Below, piece after piece: positions 20,633 through 31,347 of a stretch of 64,000 nt of DNA. Position 1 is the stretch's first letter; every line of letters begins with the position of its first letter. The notes under the pieces were generated by a model. It saw only the letters and a list, made by a program, of their open reading frames with translations. It ran no database searches and was not told the origin of the DNA. The DNA is taken from the sequence record SRR2962707_1578; one strand, given 5' to 3'. The position numbers and the translations under genes were made by a program.

Positions 20633-20640
20633 TATAGGGC

Positions 20641-21912
20641 TTAAGACTTCTTACCGTTGATCAGGGCGACCATTTTATACAGTTCTGCCGAAGATTGCTG
20701 GACTTTGCTATGACAGGCTTCGACTTGTTCTAACGAAACCCCCATGCGCTCAAGAACAGAGGGCTCTATTTCTTGGTGACTATTAAGCTGGTGTGTAATG
20801 TACAGAAGATTCGCTAAGTTGGCGTATTCACCTTGGTAGCTAGGGGATTTACTGTAACGAATCGCAATACAGATATTCTCTGGAATATCCCAGTGCTTTA
20901 GTAACCATGAGCCAAGTTGCTCTTTGGTGAAACGCAAAATTTGCATTTCGACAATGTCTGACGTTAGGTGGGCATTGGCTTCTTTGTAGCGAGATAAAAT
21001 AGAAAAATGGGGCGGCATCATAGTGCTAATCGCGAGAAATCCGAAACTATGCAACAGGCCCGTTAGGTAGGCATGCCCGCTACTTGGGCGGTGGGCAATA
21101 GGCACGACTGCAACCAGCGCTTCCATCAAAGCGGCATGGGAGACTGAGCTAAGCCAAAAATCTTCATAGTGACGAGGGCCGTCTTCTGGTTGCGCAAAAG
21201 CATTTCCCATTGAAAGACCAAGTGCCAAGTTCATCACCATATCATAGCCAAGCACACGAATAATCGCGTCTTTAACGGACTCTATGCCTCCTTTTGCACC
21301 GTAATAGGGGGAAGCGGCCCAGCTGACAACTTGTGCTGCCAAGCTTGGGTCTAGGCTAATCACATCACACAGCTCATCCATACCGGATGACTCATTGGAA
21401 CTGAGTCGTATTATTTGGTTAGAAATCGCCGGCAGAGGAGGGATTTCTAAGGTTTCTTCCAGTCGTTGCTTGAGTCGGATCGATTGGAATTGACCGAGAG
21501 ACTCCAGCATTTGTTGTTCGTCATTAAGGTAATTACTGGAGGGCTTTTGGATGTCGTCTATGTGAATGGAAATGTTTTCGAAACGGCTAAGAGGGCCTGA
21601 GAAACGGGTGATAAAATCCTCAGTAGACAGCTGATGATATTGGCTGTTCGCATTACTGCGAATCTCGATAAAAGATTCTTTTAGAAGGCTTTTTTCTATG
21701 ATGCTAGAGCAGTTAGCAGATTGTAAAAGAGGGTCACCAGCGGTGTTGTAATTAGCGATGGGATCAAAGCGACGCTTTGTTAAACGTGCAATAGCGGCCA
21801 AGTCTAGCATGCTATCTTCAGGGAAAATAACCTGTAAGCGCCCTGTATGGTCCGCCAAATGGACCACTCGTACTTTTTTGGTATGGGTTAACTCTGGTGC
21901 TACGAACTTCAT
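20641..21912 (-). CDS. YbaK-like plus HDOD-domain protein, similar to Pseudomonas SadB
   Basis: RLEETLEIPPLP, DPSLAAQVVSWAASPYY, DAIIRVLG and GLLHSFG. Confidence 0.78.
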   Translation of the reverse strand: MKFVAPELTHTKKVRVVHLADHTGRLQVIFPEDSMLDLAAIARLTKRRFDPIANYNTAGDPLLQSANCSSIIEKSLLKESFIEIRSNANSQYHQLSTEDFITRFSGPLSRFENISIHIDDIQKPSSNYLNDEQQMLESLGQFQSIRLKQRLEETLEIPPLPAISNQIIRLSSNESSGMDELCDVISLDPSLAAQVVSWAASPYYGAKGGIESVKDAIIRVLGYDMVMNLALGLSMGNAFAQPEDGPRHYEDFWLSSVSHAALMEALVAVVPIAHRPSSGHAYLTGLLHSFGFLAISTMMPPHFSILSRYKEANAHLTSDIVEMQILRFTKEQLGSWLLKHWDIPENICIAIRYSKSPSYQGEYANLANLLYITHQLNSHQEIEPSVLERMGVSLEQVEACHSKVQQSSAELYKMVALINGKKS

Positions 21913-21946
21913 AAATCAGCTCAAATAGAATCGTTGCTTAAAACGT

Positions 21947-21972
21947 AAAAAAGGCTCCAAAAGGAGCCTTTT
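21947..21972 (-). terminator. Intrinsic terminator of the aap operon
   Basis: AAAAAAGGCTCC-AAAA-GGAGCCTTTT. Confidence 0.8.
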
Positions 21973-21994
21973 AAATATAGCAGTTTTTGAATGG

Positions 21995-22774
21995 TTAGTG
22001 ATTCAAAATTTGGCTCAAGAACATTTGAGTTCGATCATGTTGTGGGTTATCGAAGAACTCGTGAGGCTCATTTGCTTCCACGATTTCTCCGGCATCCATA
22101 AATACAACGCGGTCAGCAACGGTTTTAGCAAAGCCCATTTCGTGAGTAACACACACCATGGTCATACCTTCTTCTGCTAACTGAACCATAGTGTCTAATA
22201 CTTCCTTGATCATTTCAGGGTCAAGGGCAGAGGTTGGCTCATCAAATAACATGATGCGAGGTTGCATGCACAAGCCTCGTGCAATCGCCACACGTTGTTG
22301 TTGACCACCTGAGAGCTGTCCTGGGTATTTCAATGCTTGGTTAGCGATTTTTACACGCTCCAAGTAATGCATTGCCATTTCTTCGGCTTCTTTTTTAGGC
22401 ATTTTACGTACCCAAATCGGAGCCAACGTCAGGTTTTCTAGGATAGTGAGATGAGGAAACAAATTGAAATGCTGGAACACCATGCCAACGTCTTTGCGTA
22501 TGGCTTCGATGTTTTTCAAGTTGTTATTCATTTCAATACCATCGACCAGGATGCTACCTTTTTGATGTTCTTCTAAACGGTTAATACAGCGAGTCATAGT
22601 GGACTTACCAGAACCAGAAGGTCCACAGACAACAATGCGCTCACCTTTTTTAATACTGAAGTTAATGTTCTTCAATACATGAAAGTCGCCATACCATTTA
22701 TTAACATCGTTAAACTCGATGATTGCAGATTCACCCGGCTCTAATTGGGCGCGTGCCATGTTCGTATTTGTCAT
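21995..22774 (-). CDS. aapP: General L-amino acid ABC transporter ATP-binding protein
   Basis: [17 protein letters not shown] and [12 protein letters not shown]. Confidence 0.9.
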   Translation of the reverse strand: MTNTNMARAQLEPGESAIIEFNDVNKWYGDFHVLKNINFSIKKGERIVVCGPSGSGKSTMTRCINRLEEHQKGSILVDGIEMNNNLKNIEAIRKDVGMVFQHFNLFPHLTILENLTLAPIWVRKMPKKEAEEMAMHYLERVKIANQALKYPGQLSGGQQQRVAIARGLCMQPRIMLFDEPTSALDPEMIKEVLDTMVQLAEEGMTMVCVTHEMGFAKTVADRVVFMDAGEIVEANEPHEFFDNPQHDRTQMFLSQILNH

Positions 22775-22796
22775 TTTAAAGGCCTCAAATTCTTAA

Positions 22797-23918
22797 CTAA
22801 TTCCGCTTGTGTCCGGTGTCTAATTTACGCTCTAGTGCCATACTGTAACGTGACATACCAAAGCAGAAGATCCAGTAAACAAGGGCTGCGAAGGCATAGC
22901 CTTCCACGGTTGTTCCTAACCAATTTGTATCGTGATTGGCGGCTTGTATCCTTCCTAAGAAGTCAAACATGCCTACGATATAAACCAGTGTTGTATCTTT
23001 AAATAAGCTGATGAACGAGTTCACAATGCCTGGAATAACCAGCTTCAGTGCTTGTGGCAGAATGACTAGGATCATGGATTGCCAATAAGTTAACCCCATG
23101 GCATCAGCTGCTTCATACTGACCTTTTGGAATGGCCTGCAGTCCCCCTCGAATCACCTCCGCCATATAGGCAGAAGAAAACAGAGTGATACCGATCAATA
23201 CTCGCAATAATTTATTAAAGTTTAGACCTTCTGGTAAGAACAGCGGGATCATTACCGATGCCATAAACAAAATAGTGATCAATGGTACCGCACGAATCGT
23301 TTCGATAAAGACCAAAGAAACAGATTTCGCAACAGGCATGTTAGAGCGACGTCCTAACGCTAATAGCGCCCCTAAAGGGAAGGAGGCAACAATACCAACC
23401 ACACCCAATAAGACGGTTAAGAACAAGCCACCCCAACGAGATGTTTCCACTACTTCTAAGCCAAATACGCCGCCTGCAAACAAGAAGTAAGCAACCACTG
23501 GGTAAACCAGCAGAATGGTTAAAGACAGGAATAGCTTATTAATTGCCTTGATGGCAAACATACCAATGAGAAGAACAATTAGGATTACGGCTAAATTAAT
23601 GCGCCATGTTTCCTCAGATGGGTATAAGCCATACATGAACTGTTCGAAATAGACATTGATAAACGCCCAACAGGCACCGCCAGCAGTACATTCTGCCTTA
23701 GATGCACCTTCCCAGGTTGCGTTGATAATACCCCATTCAATAATGGGAGGAACGAGCAAATAAATAATGTAAATGCTGAATAAAGTTAAGAACACATTCA
23801 ATGGAGAAGAGAATAAGTTCTGACGTACCCAAGCCACAGGACCTACCGCAGTAGACGGTGGTGGGAGGCTGGGTGATGGTTTAAATTCAATAGCCATATT
23901 TAGCCTCCTAGCGCTCAA
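22797..23918 (-). CDS. aapM: General L-amino acid ABC transporter permease
   Basis: GGACWAF, ALGRRS and GQYEAADAMGL. The true start is probably MAIEF near 23897. Confidence 0.9.
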   Translation of the reverse strand: MSARRLNMAIEFKPSPSLPPPSTAVGPVAWVRQNLFSSPLNVFLTLFSIYIIYLLVPPIIEWGIINATWEGASKAECTAGGACWAFINVYFEQFMYGLYPSEETWRINLAVILIVLLIGMFAIKAINKLFLSLTILLVYPVVAYFLFAGGVFGLEVVETSRWGGLFLTVLLGVVGIVASFPLGALLALGRRSNMPVAKSVSLVFIETIRAVPLITILFMASVMIPLFLPEGLNFNKLLRVLIGITLFSSAYMAEVIRGGLQAIPKGQYEAADAMGLTYWQSMILVILPQALKLVIPGIVNSFISLFKDTTLVYIVGMFDFLGRIQAANHDTNWLGTTVEGYAFAALVYWIFCFGMSRYSMALERKLDTGHKRN

Positions 23919-25086
23919 TTAATGACATTTTTTTGTTGTACCAGTTCATGAACAATGAGATCGAAAGACTCAATGAACCGTAAACCAACATACAAAGACC
24001 AATGGTTTCAATCGCTTGACCAGTTTGGTTCAGCGTTGTCCCCATGATCACGGCCACCAATTCAGGGTAAGCAATAGCGGCACCCAACGAAGAGTTCTTC
24101 GCAAGGTTTAGATATTGGCTTGTTAACGGTGGGATAATAACGCGCAGTGCTTGAGGCAAAACAATCAGACGTTGGGTCATACTGTCGCGCAAGCCTAAAG
24201 AGCGAGCGGCTTCTGTTTGACCCCAGTTAACGGAAAGAATACCAGCACGTACGATTTCAGCGATAAAAGCACCCGTATAAGTTGAAAGAGCCACAAGTAC
24301 AGCAACAAACTCAGGCGGTAATACCATACCTCCGGTCACGTTAAATCGACTTTTCTGCGGTAAATCAAACTCTAAAGGAAAGCCTGCTGCAGCAAAAAAG
24401 AGAAAAGTAACGGCTAGAATAATACCCAGTGATGACCAGTAAGCAGGAAACCATAGCCCTGTACGTGTTTGACGTTTTTTCGCCCATACAATGAGACCGA
24501 TAGCTAAGGCAATGGAAACTATAAAGCCAACGATGACCAGACCAAAACCATCTTGAGCGATAGGGTTTGGCGAGTAGATGCCACGTTTATTAAGTAGGAA
24601 GTCCGCAAACTCATAACTATTACGAGGTACGGGGAGAGCGGCTAGCACAGCAAAGTACCAGAAGAACATTTGCAGTAACAAAGGGATGTTACGCATGGTT
24701 TCGATGTAAACCGTTGCAAGGCGTGCAACTAACCAGTTTTTTGATAAGCGAGCCAAGCCCATCACAACGCCAATAATAGTGGCGAGAATAATACCTAGGA
24801 GCGAGATCACGAAAGTATTGATCAAAGCAACTAAGAAAGCACGTCCATAAGTGCTGGATTCTGTGTAACTAACAAGGTGTATAAGGATAGGAAAGCCCGC
24901 TGGCTCATTTAAAAATGAGAAACCAGTAGAAATCCCTCTGTTTTCTAAGTTGGCTTGTAGGTTACTGAAAAGGTAATAACCAACGAAAACAACGACAGCT
25001 AAAAGTACGATCTGAAAGATGAGGGAGCGATTACCGGCATCATTCAGAAAACTTTTGTTACTAGGAGTATTTTTTATATTGCTCAT
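23908..25086 (-). CDS. aapQ: General L-amino acid ABC transporter permease
   Basis: RNIPLLLQ, GQTEAARSLGL and IIPPLTSQYLNLAKNSSL. Confidence 0.9.
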   Translation of the reverse strand: MSNIKNTPSNKSFLNDAGNRSLIFQIVLLAVVVFVGYYLFSNLQANLENRGISTGFSFLNEPAGFPILIHLVSYTESSTYGRAFLVALINTFVISLLGIILATIIGVVMGLARLSKNWLVARLATVYIETMRNIPLLLQMFFWYFAVLAALPVPRNSYEFADFLLNKRGIYSPNPIAQDGFGLVIVGFIVSIALAIGLIVWAKKRQTRTGLWFPAYWSSLGIILAVTFLFFAAAGFPLEFDLPQKSRFNVTGGMVLPPEFVAVLVALSTYTGAFIAEIVRAGILSVNWGQTEAARSLGLRDSMTQRLIVLPQALRVIIPPLTSQYLNLAKNSSLGAAIAYPELVAVIMGTTLNQTGQAIETIGLCMLVYGSLSLSISLFMNWYNKKMSLIER

Positions 25087-25195
25087 CTTGATTCAGGCAG
25101 TAGATATGCTCGTCAGAGGTATAAAGGAAGGGGGAGAGATCCAGCGGCGGATGGCCGCTGGATAATAACCCGAAGCGAGTTACCTAATTCAGATA

Positions 25196-26218
25196 TTAAC
25201 GTACTGGTGGCGCGTACATGATGCCGCCATTGTTCCATAGATTGTTGATGGCACGAGGAAGGTTAAGCGCAGTGTCTTTACCTAGGTTACGTTCGAACTC
25301 TTCGCCGTAGTTACCTACTTCTGCGATAACGTTGTAAGCCCAATCTGCATTAAGACCTAGATCTTGACCCATGTTGCCTTCAGCTCCTAGAAGGCGACGG
25401 ATGCCTGGATCTTTTGCATCAGCTTTGATCTTAGCGACGTTTTTAGACGTGATGCCCATTTCTTCGGCATTTACTTGTACGTACATTACCCAAGTAACCA
25501 AATCTTTCCACTGGTTGTCGCCGTGACGAACCACAGGGCCTAAAGGCTCTTTAGAAATGGTTTCTGGAAGGATGATGTTGTTGCTTGGGTTTTTAAGTTT
25601 AGTACGGTGTGCTGCTAAACCGGATTTATCCGTAGTGTAAACATCACAACGACCTGAATCGTATGCGGATACCGCTTCGTCAGCTTTTTGCACGACAACT
25701 GGTACGTAAGACATATTGTGCTTACGGAAGAAGTCAGCCATGTTCAATTCTGTTGTTGTACCTTGCTCTGTACAAACTGTTGCACCATCAAGGTCCATTG
25801 CAGATTCAACACCTAAATCTTTACGAACCATAAAGCCCTGGCCGTCGTAAAAGTTAGTCGCGGTAAAATCAAGACCTAGAGAAACGTCACGAGTATAAGT
25901 CCAGGTGGTGTTACGAGAAAGAATATCGATTTCGCCAGATTGTAGTGCAGTGAAACGCTCTTTAGCAGAAAGAGGTGTGAATTTTACTTTTTGAGCATCA
26001 CCAAAGATAGCGGCAGCAACGGCGCGGCAAGCGTCAACATCGATCCCTGTCCAATTACCTTTGTCATCAGCATTTGAGAAACCTGGCACGCCTTGGCTTA
26101 CGCCACATTGTACGAAACCTTTTGCTTTAACGTCATCTAGTGTACCTGCGGCAGCACCAGTACTAATGGCGGCAGCAACAGCGGCTGTTGAGAGTAGTTT
26201 ACAAACGTTCGATTTCAT
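25196..26218 (-). CDS. aapJ: General L-amino acid ABC transporter substrate-binding protein
   Basis: RFTALQSGEIDILSRNTTWT, ISKEPLGP and C-terminal YAPPVR. Probable start MKSNV at 26218. Confidence 0.92.
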   Translation of the reverse strand: MKSNVCKLLSTAAVAAAISTGAAAGTLDDVKAKGFVQCGVSQGVPGFSNADDKGNWTGIDVDACRAVAAAIFGDAQKVKFTPLSAKERFTALQSGEIDILSRNTTWTYTRDVSLGLDFTATNFYDGQGFMVRKDLGVESAMDLDGATVCTEQGTTTELNMADFFRKHNMSYVPVVVQKADEAVSAYDSGRCDVYTTDKSGLAAHRTKLKNPSNNIILPETISKEPLGPVVRHGDNQWKDLVTWVMYVQVNAEEMGITSKNVAKIKADAKDPGIRRLLGAEGNMGQDLGLNADWAYNVIAEVGNYGEEFERNLGKDTALNLPRAINNLWNNGGIMYAPPVR

Positions 26219-26301
26219 TGATAGCCTCCCAGGCATTTCTTTCTTTTGTGTGTGTTGTATTTTTTTCGTTTTTATAAGTCTTGGGACTTATAGGTAAACA
26301 A

Positions 26302-26317
26302 TGCAAAAATATTGCCA
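26302..26317 (-). promoter_or_regulatory. Sigma-54 (-24/-12) promoter for aapJQMP
   Basis: Minus strand TGGCAATATTTTTGCA gives GG-N10-GC about 85 bp upstream of the aapJ start. Confidence 0.72.
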
Positions 26318-26546
26318 ACATCATGATTATTTATTTTTTTAATTTGAGATGCAGAGCATTCTTCTGGAGGAATGTTGCATTACCTAATAGAACGACTGTT
26401 GATGGCCTCTAGTCAAGGATAAAGTGCTATAAATATGGTTATTAGTGCATAATTCTTACAAAATAAGCCCATAAAAACAGGAAGGTGTTTAAAAAACAGG
26501 CAGTTTTATTTGTTTATTAAAAAGTGTGTGTTTTTGTAAGAAAACG

Positions 26547-26654
26547 TGACACCTAATGGTGCATAGCTAAGAAGCAAAATGACTGATATAGGTTAAAAGT
26601 AGTCAAAAAACACTAATCTGGTGCGGCGATCTTCTTTTGTTTTATATTGGTGCA
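26547..26654. promoter_or_regulatory. Candidate NtrC enhancer sites
   Basis: Three TGGTGC half-site motifs (26547-26563, 26609-26625, 26638-26654) resembling TGCACC-N5-GGTGCA. Confidence 0.5.
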
Positions 26655-26770
26655 ATTCAAATGACGGTGTTTTTAGGGTAGAAATATATTCTAGAAAGCG
26701 CTTCCCATACTTTGTTATCTACATGATAGTATTAACAATACTTTAGTGTGATTAAGGAGATCCATGTCGA

Positions 26771-27247
26771 ATGGAAAGCTCAACTAAACCGCTCGATCGT
26801 TTGGACAAAAAGATTCTGCGTGAACTGCAAGTCAACGGCCGCTTATCAAACGTTGAATTAGCCAGTCGTGTAGGCTTGAGTGCGACCCCGTGTTTAGAGC
26901 GGGTGCGACGTCTAGAACGTAACGGCTATATCACAGGCTATTGCGCGTTAGTGGACCCTAAAAAGGTGGATGCTGGTTTACTTGTATTTGTGGAAATTCG
27001 TTTAAAAACAACTTCCCCAGAAGGTTTCAACGAATTTAAAACCGCGGTCACAGAAATCCCCGAGATTCTTGAGTGTCACTTGATTGCAGGTGATTTCGAA
27101 TATCTATTAAAAGCGCGTGTGTCCAATATGGATTCTTACCGCTTGTTGCTTGGCGAAACATTACTGACCTTGCCACATGTGCGTGAGTCGAGAACGTATG
27201 TGGCGATGGAAGAAGTGAAAAACACCACGGTCGTTAGCATCCCATAA
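26771..27247 (+). CDS. lrp: Lrp/AsnC-family regulator
   Basis: LDRLDKKIL, GLSATPCLERVRRLE, ECHLIAGDFEYLLK and SRTYVAMEEVK. Confidence 0.88.
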   Translation: MESSTKPLDRLDKKILRELQVNGRLSNVELASRVGLSATPCLERVRRLERNGYITGYCALVDPKKVDAGLLVFVEIRLKTTSPEGFNEFKTAVTEIPEILECHLIAGDFEYLLKARVSNMDSYRLLLGETLLTLPHVRESRTYVAMEEVKNTTVVSIP

Positions 27248-27275
27248 GGGTTGATGACAGCGATATGAAACGAAT

Positions 27276-27314
27276 ACAAAAGGCGCGGGAGGGATATTCC
27301 AGCGCCTTTTGTTT
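27276..27314. terminator. Bidirectional terminator between lrp and recG
   Basis: ACAAAAGGCGC...GCGCCTTTTGTTT. Confidence 0.7.
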
Positions 27315-27329
27315 GGGCGCTACAGGCGT

Positions 27330-29411
27330 TTATACATTCAAATACTGGCTGTGGTTTGGCAGCCATCGAGCCAGTAAAGGCGAGACCCTTTCCGGGTAGT
27401 GCTGATGCAGTTGCGTGGCGGCTTTTTGTACATCGTCAAGCAGTGCTTTGTCTCTTTGCAGATCTGCGACTTTAAATTCCCATAGCCCCGTTTGCCGAGT
27501 GCCTAGTAATTCACCTGGGCCGCGCAGTTCTAAATCTTTTTCAGCAATTTTGAAACCATCACTGGTTTCTCGCATCGTGGATAAGCGTTCTTTCCCTTGC
27601 TGGCCTAAAGGGGCTTTATACAATAAGACACAATGGCTAGCCGTTTGCCCTCGACCTACTCGGCCGCGTAATTGATGCAGCTGAGCAAGCCCCAGACGTT
27701 CTGGGTTTTCAATGATCATTAAGCTCGCATTAGGCACATCCACACCCACTTCGATGACAGTGGTGGCCACCAGAAGCTGTATCTCATTCGCTTTGAATCT
27801 TGCCATAATATCGGCCTTTTCAGACGACTTAAGTCGTCCGTGAACCAAGCCAATAGACAAACCGTTAAGTTGCTCTGCGAGTAGAATAGCCGTGTCTTCC
27901 GCCGCTTGGCATTGTAAGGCTTCTGACTCTTCAATGAGAGTACATACCCAATAGACTTGTTTGCCTTCTTGGCAGGCGATTTTTACACGCTCTATGACTT
28001 CGTTACGGCGTTGGTCTGATACCACAATGGTATTAACTGGGGTTCTTCCTGGCGGCAGTTCGTCTATTATTGAGCAATCTAAATCCGCATACGCTGACAT
28101 GGCCAGGGTACGAGGAATAGGGGTAGCCGTCATAATCAGCTGATGAGGCTGAAACCCTTGTTGTAAGCCTTTTTCTCGCAAGGCCATACGTTGATGGACA
28201 CCAAAGCGATGTTGTTCGTCGATGATGGCCAATGCTAGACGATCAAATTGGACGCTTTCTTGGAAAAGGGCGTGGGTGCCGACGACGATATGAGCGGCGC
28301 CCGACGCGATATTTCCCAGTTCGACTTCACGGGCTTTGCCTTTTAGCTTTCCAGCCATCCAAGCAACATTTAAGCCCAGTGGCGTAAACCATTGAGTGAA
28401 GTTTGCGAGGTGTTGCTCAGCCAAGATCTCCGTTGGCGCCATAATAGCAACTTGATAACCCGCATTGACGATGGCTGCTGCCGCTAGCGCTGCGACCAGT
28501 GTTTTTCCTGAGCCGACATCGCCTTGCACTAGGCGGAGCATTGGGTGGCCCGATTGGAGGTCGGTTAAGAGCTCTTGAAAAACACGTTGCTGGGCGTTGG
28601 TAGGGGAAAAAGGCAGCTGCTCTAGTAATCCTTGAGCCAGTTGACCTGGTTCTGTTACACGAATCGCCTTGTCTTCTTTGGCTTTGATTTTCTTGCCAAT
28701 CAAAGACAGCTGATGGGCCATCAGTTCTTCAAAAGAAAGTCGGTATTGTGCAGGATGCGCACCGGCTCGTAATTGCTCTAAATTCGCGTCAGTTGTCGGG
28801 TGGTGAAGAAAACGAATCGCGTCGTCTAATGGTGGCAAGCTAAATGACTGACGTATGGTATCGGGCAGCCACTCTTTGAGATTGTAGGGCGTTAAACGCT
28901 CCAATGCTTGCTCACACAACTGCCGAATTTTGGCTTGTGTTAGGCCTTCTGTTAACGGATAAATCGGCGTCAATTGATCCGTATCTGAGTGTGTGTCTGT
29001 GTCACTAATGATCTTGTATTCAGGATGATAAATTTCAAATCCAGTGCTGCCGCGACGTATTTCCCCAAAGCAACGGATCCGATTACCGGACTCTAATTGC
29101 TTTTTTTGCGCCGCAGAAAAATGGAAAAAGCGCAGGCATAAGGTGCCCGTTGAATCCTTAATACGACACAACAAGCTGCGACGTTTGCCCATTTTTATTT
29201 CGCAACCGGTGGAAGTGCCTTCAATGACCGCCTCATCACCAAAGCGCAAATGTCCGATGGGCAGCACTCGGGTTCTGTCCTGATAGCGAATGGGGAGATG
29301 AAAAAGCAAATCTTGCACCGTATGAAGGTGCAGCTTTGCCAATTTTTCAGCCATGGCATCGCCAACCCCTTTCAGCTCTCTCACATCTTGTGTGTCGAGG
29401 TCGTCTATCAT
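27330..29411 (-). CDS. recG: ATP-dependent DNA helicase RecG
   Basis: QGDVGSGKT, DEQHRFGV, MTATPIPRTL and QLHQLRGRVGRG. Confidence 0.98.
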   Translation of the reverse strand: MIDDLDTQDVRELKGVGDAMAEKLAKLHLHTVQDLLFHLPIRYQDRTRVLPIGHLRFGDEAVIEGTSTGCEIKMGKRRSLLCRIKDSTGTLCLRFFHFSAAQKKQLESGNRIRCFGEIRRGSTGFEIYHPEYKIISDTDTHSDTDQLTPIYPLTEGLTQAKIRQLCEQALERLTPYNLKEWLPDTIRQSFSLPPLDDAIRFLHHPTTDANLEQLRAGAHPAQYRLSFEELMAHQLSLIGKKIKAKEDKAIRVTEPGQLAQGLLEQLPFSPTNAQQRVFQELLTDLQSGHPMLRLVQGDVGSGKTLVAALAAAAIVNAGYQVAIMAPTEILAEQHLANFTQWFTPLGLNVAWMAGKLKGKAREVELGNIASGAAHIVVGTHALFQESVQFDRLALAIIDEQHRFGVHQRMALREKGLQQGFQPHQLIMTATPIPRTLAMSAYADLDCSIIDELPPGRTPVNTIVVSDQRRNEVIERVKIACQEGKQVYWVCTLIEESEALQCQAAEDTAILLAEQLNGLSIGLVHGRLKSSEKADIMARFKANEIQLLVATTVIEVGVDVPNASLMIIENPERLGLAQLHQLRGRVGRGQTASHCVLLYKAPLGQQGKERLSTMRETSDGFKIAEKDLELRGPGELLGTRQTGLWEFKVADLQRDKALLDDVQKAATQLHQHYPERVSPLLARWLPNHSQYLNV

Positions 29412-29418
29412 GGCGAGC

Positions 29419-30324
29419 TTAGATATCCAGCTTCTTGCTGGTGTTGCGGATAGCTTGGCTTACCACGTCGATGGCATTTGGGCGTGGGTAGCTTGCACGC
29501 CACGCTAAGGCAACAGTACGCTTTGGTGCAGGCTCTTCAAATGGGCGAACTTCTAATAAAGTGTGGTCGATGTTTGTGACGGCGGATTTTGGTAGCACAG
29601 TGACGCCTAATCCAGATGCCACCATGTAGCGGATGGTTTCTAATGAGCTGCCGTTAACAATGGTGCGTCCTTCGCTAAACTCTTCTTCTTTCACTAAAGG
29701 ACAAGCTTCTAGAACTTGCTCACTGAAACAGTGCCCTTTGCCTAATAACAGCAAGTTGTCAGTAGAAAGCTGATCCGTGTTGATGTGAGAAAGTTTAGTC
29801 CAAGGGTGATCCTTGGGCATTAATACGACAAACTCTTCTTCGTAAATTGGCTGGGTCACTACGTCGGGCTCATTGAAGGGGAGCGCGATAATAATCGCAT
29901 CGAGCTCGCCATTACGCAGTTTAGGGCGTAAGTTCTCAGTGAGATCTTCTTCAATGATCAATGGCATGTCGTTAGTGATGGCGCGTAGATTAGGGATCAT
30001 CATCGGGAAAAGGTAGGGCGCAATGGTAAAAATGGCGCCAATTTTAATAGGACCTTTTAGTTGGTTATGACCGGACGACGCCAACTCTTTAATCGTGTTA
30101 GCCTGCTCGATAACGCGTTTGGCTTGGGCCACGATTTGCTCACCAATGGGAGTGATATAGACCGAGCTTTTACTGCGTTCGAAGATGGCTGCGCCTAGCT
30201 CTTCTTCGAGCTTTTTCACGGCAACACTCAGAGTCGGTTGAGAAACATGGCATTTTTCGGCAGCGTGGCCAAAGTGTTTTTCTTTTGCCAGCATAACAAC
30301 GTACTTTAATTCAGTTAATGTCAT
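29419..30324 (-). CDS. oxyR: H2O2-sensing LysR regulator OxyR
   Basis: VSQPTLS, GHCFSEQVLEACP (both redox cysteines) and SLETIRYMVASG. Conserved oxyR-recG order. Confidence 0.95.
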   Translation of the reverse strand: MTLTELKYVVMLAKEKHFGHAAEKCHVSQPTLSVAVKKLEEELGAAIFERSKSSVYITPIGEQIVAQAKRVIEQANTIKELASSGHNQLKGPIKIGAIFTIAPYLFPMMIPNLRAITNDMPLIIEEDLTENLRPKLRNGELDAIIIALPFNEPDVVTQPIYEEEFVVLMPKDHPWTKLSHINTDQLSTDNLLLLGKGHCFSEQVLEACPLVKEEEFSEGRTIVNGSSLETIRYMVASGLGVTVLPKSAVTNIDHTLLEVRPFEEPAPKRTVALAWRASYPRPNAIDVVSQAIRNTSKKLDI

Positions 30325-30428
30325 ATCGTGCCCTCAACCTAATCATTGTTAATAACTATGATAATACAAAATTTGATAAAGTGTACCAGATAATCTAGTT
30401 TGCGCTTTTATTGCTTAAAGAGGTAGTC

Positions 30429-31274
30429 ATGAATTCAAAACGAATCCTGATCGCAGGGTGTGGTGATTTAGGGCGTGGTATGGCGCCGTATTTTGTGGCC
30501 AGAGGGGATCAGGTTTACGGTATTCGTCGTACTGGCAGCGCCTTTCCCAAAGGGGTTCATGGGATGACCGGTGATATCACGCAACTGGGAGACGACGATC
30601 TGCCTGAGGTGGATCTTATTGTGTTAATCATGACGCCTTCAGGTCGAACGGAAACGGCTTACCGTGCCGCGTATTACGATACGGCTAAGCGTCTTGTAGC
30701 GCGTTATCAAAGTGCCCAGACGCCCATTATCTTTGTCTCCAGCACCAGTGTTTATGGGCAAAATAAAGGAGAATGGATTGATCAAAATACACCTCCGCTC
30801 GGCAGTAAAGCGACCGCGGCTATCTTGTTAGAAACGGAACAATTGCTCTCGCAAGCTATGCCTTCGATTGCCCTGCGGTGCTCAGGTATTTATGGGCCGA
30901 AGCGGTATCGAATGCTCAGCAAAGTGATGTCTGATGAGATTTGGGAAGCAAACAGTTGGACCAATCGTGTGCATCGTCACGATGTTGTGCGCGCTCTGTG
31001 TCATGTGGCAGACAAGGTGCTTAGTGGTGCGGCATTGGCGAGTCATTATAATGTTACTGACGATACGCCAGTCACTATGTGGGAGGTGAAGCTGTGTATT
31101 GCTAAGCTGCTAGACACTAAAGCGAATCTCCCTGAAAAGGTCAGTGACTTTTTGCCCACTTCAGGCAAGCGAATTAGTAATCAAGCGCTCAAAGAAACAG
31201 GATTTTGTTTTCATTACCCTAGTTATGTGAGTGGTTATGATGAGCTAGTAAGCGCTTATCTAGCCGAACACTAG
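30429..31274 (+). CDS. NAD-dependent epimerase/dehydratase-like SDR
   Basis: ILIAGCGDLG, FVSSTSVYGQ, GIYGP and TNRVHRHD. Confidence 0.85.
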   Translation: MNSKRILIAGCGDLGRGMAPYFVARGDQVYGIRRTGSAFPKGVHGMTGDITQLGDDDLPEVDLIVLIMTPSGRTETAYRAAYYDTAKRLVARYQSAQTPIIFVSSTSVYGQNKGEWIDQNTPPLGSKATAAILLETEQLLSQAMPSIALRCSGIYGPKRYRMLSKVMSDEIWEANSWTNRVHRHDVVRALCHVADKVLSGAALASHYNVTDDTPVTMWEVKLCIAKLLDTKANLPEKVSDFLPTSGKRISNQALKETGFCFHYPSYVSGYDELVSAYLAEH

Positions 31275-31278
31275 CCAT

Positions 31279-31307
31279 AAAAAAAGAGGCGTCGAGCGCC
31301 TCTTTTT
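31279..31307. terminator. Bidirectional intrinsic terminator
   Basis: AAAAAAAGAGGCG-TCGAG-CGCCTCTTTTT. Confidence 0.8.
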
Positions 31308-31347
31308 AGATCATCTTCATCATGCTGCGAGCAACATGATTGGATAA

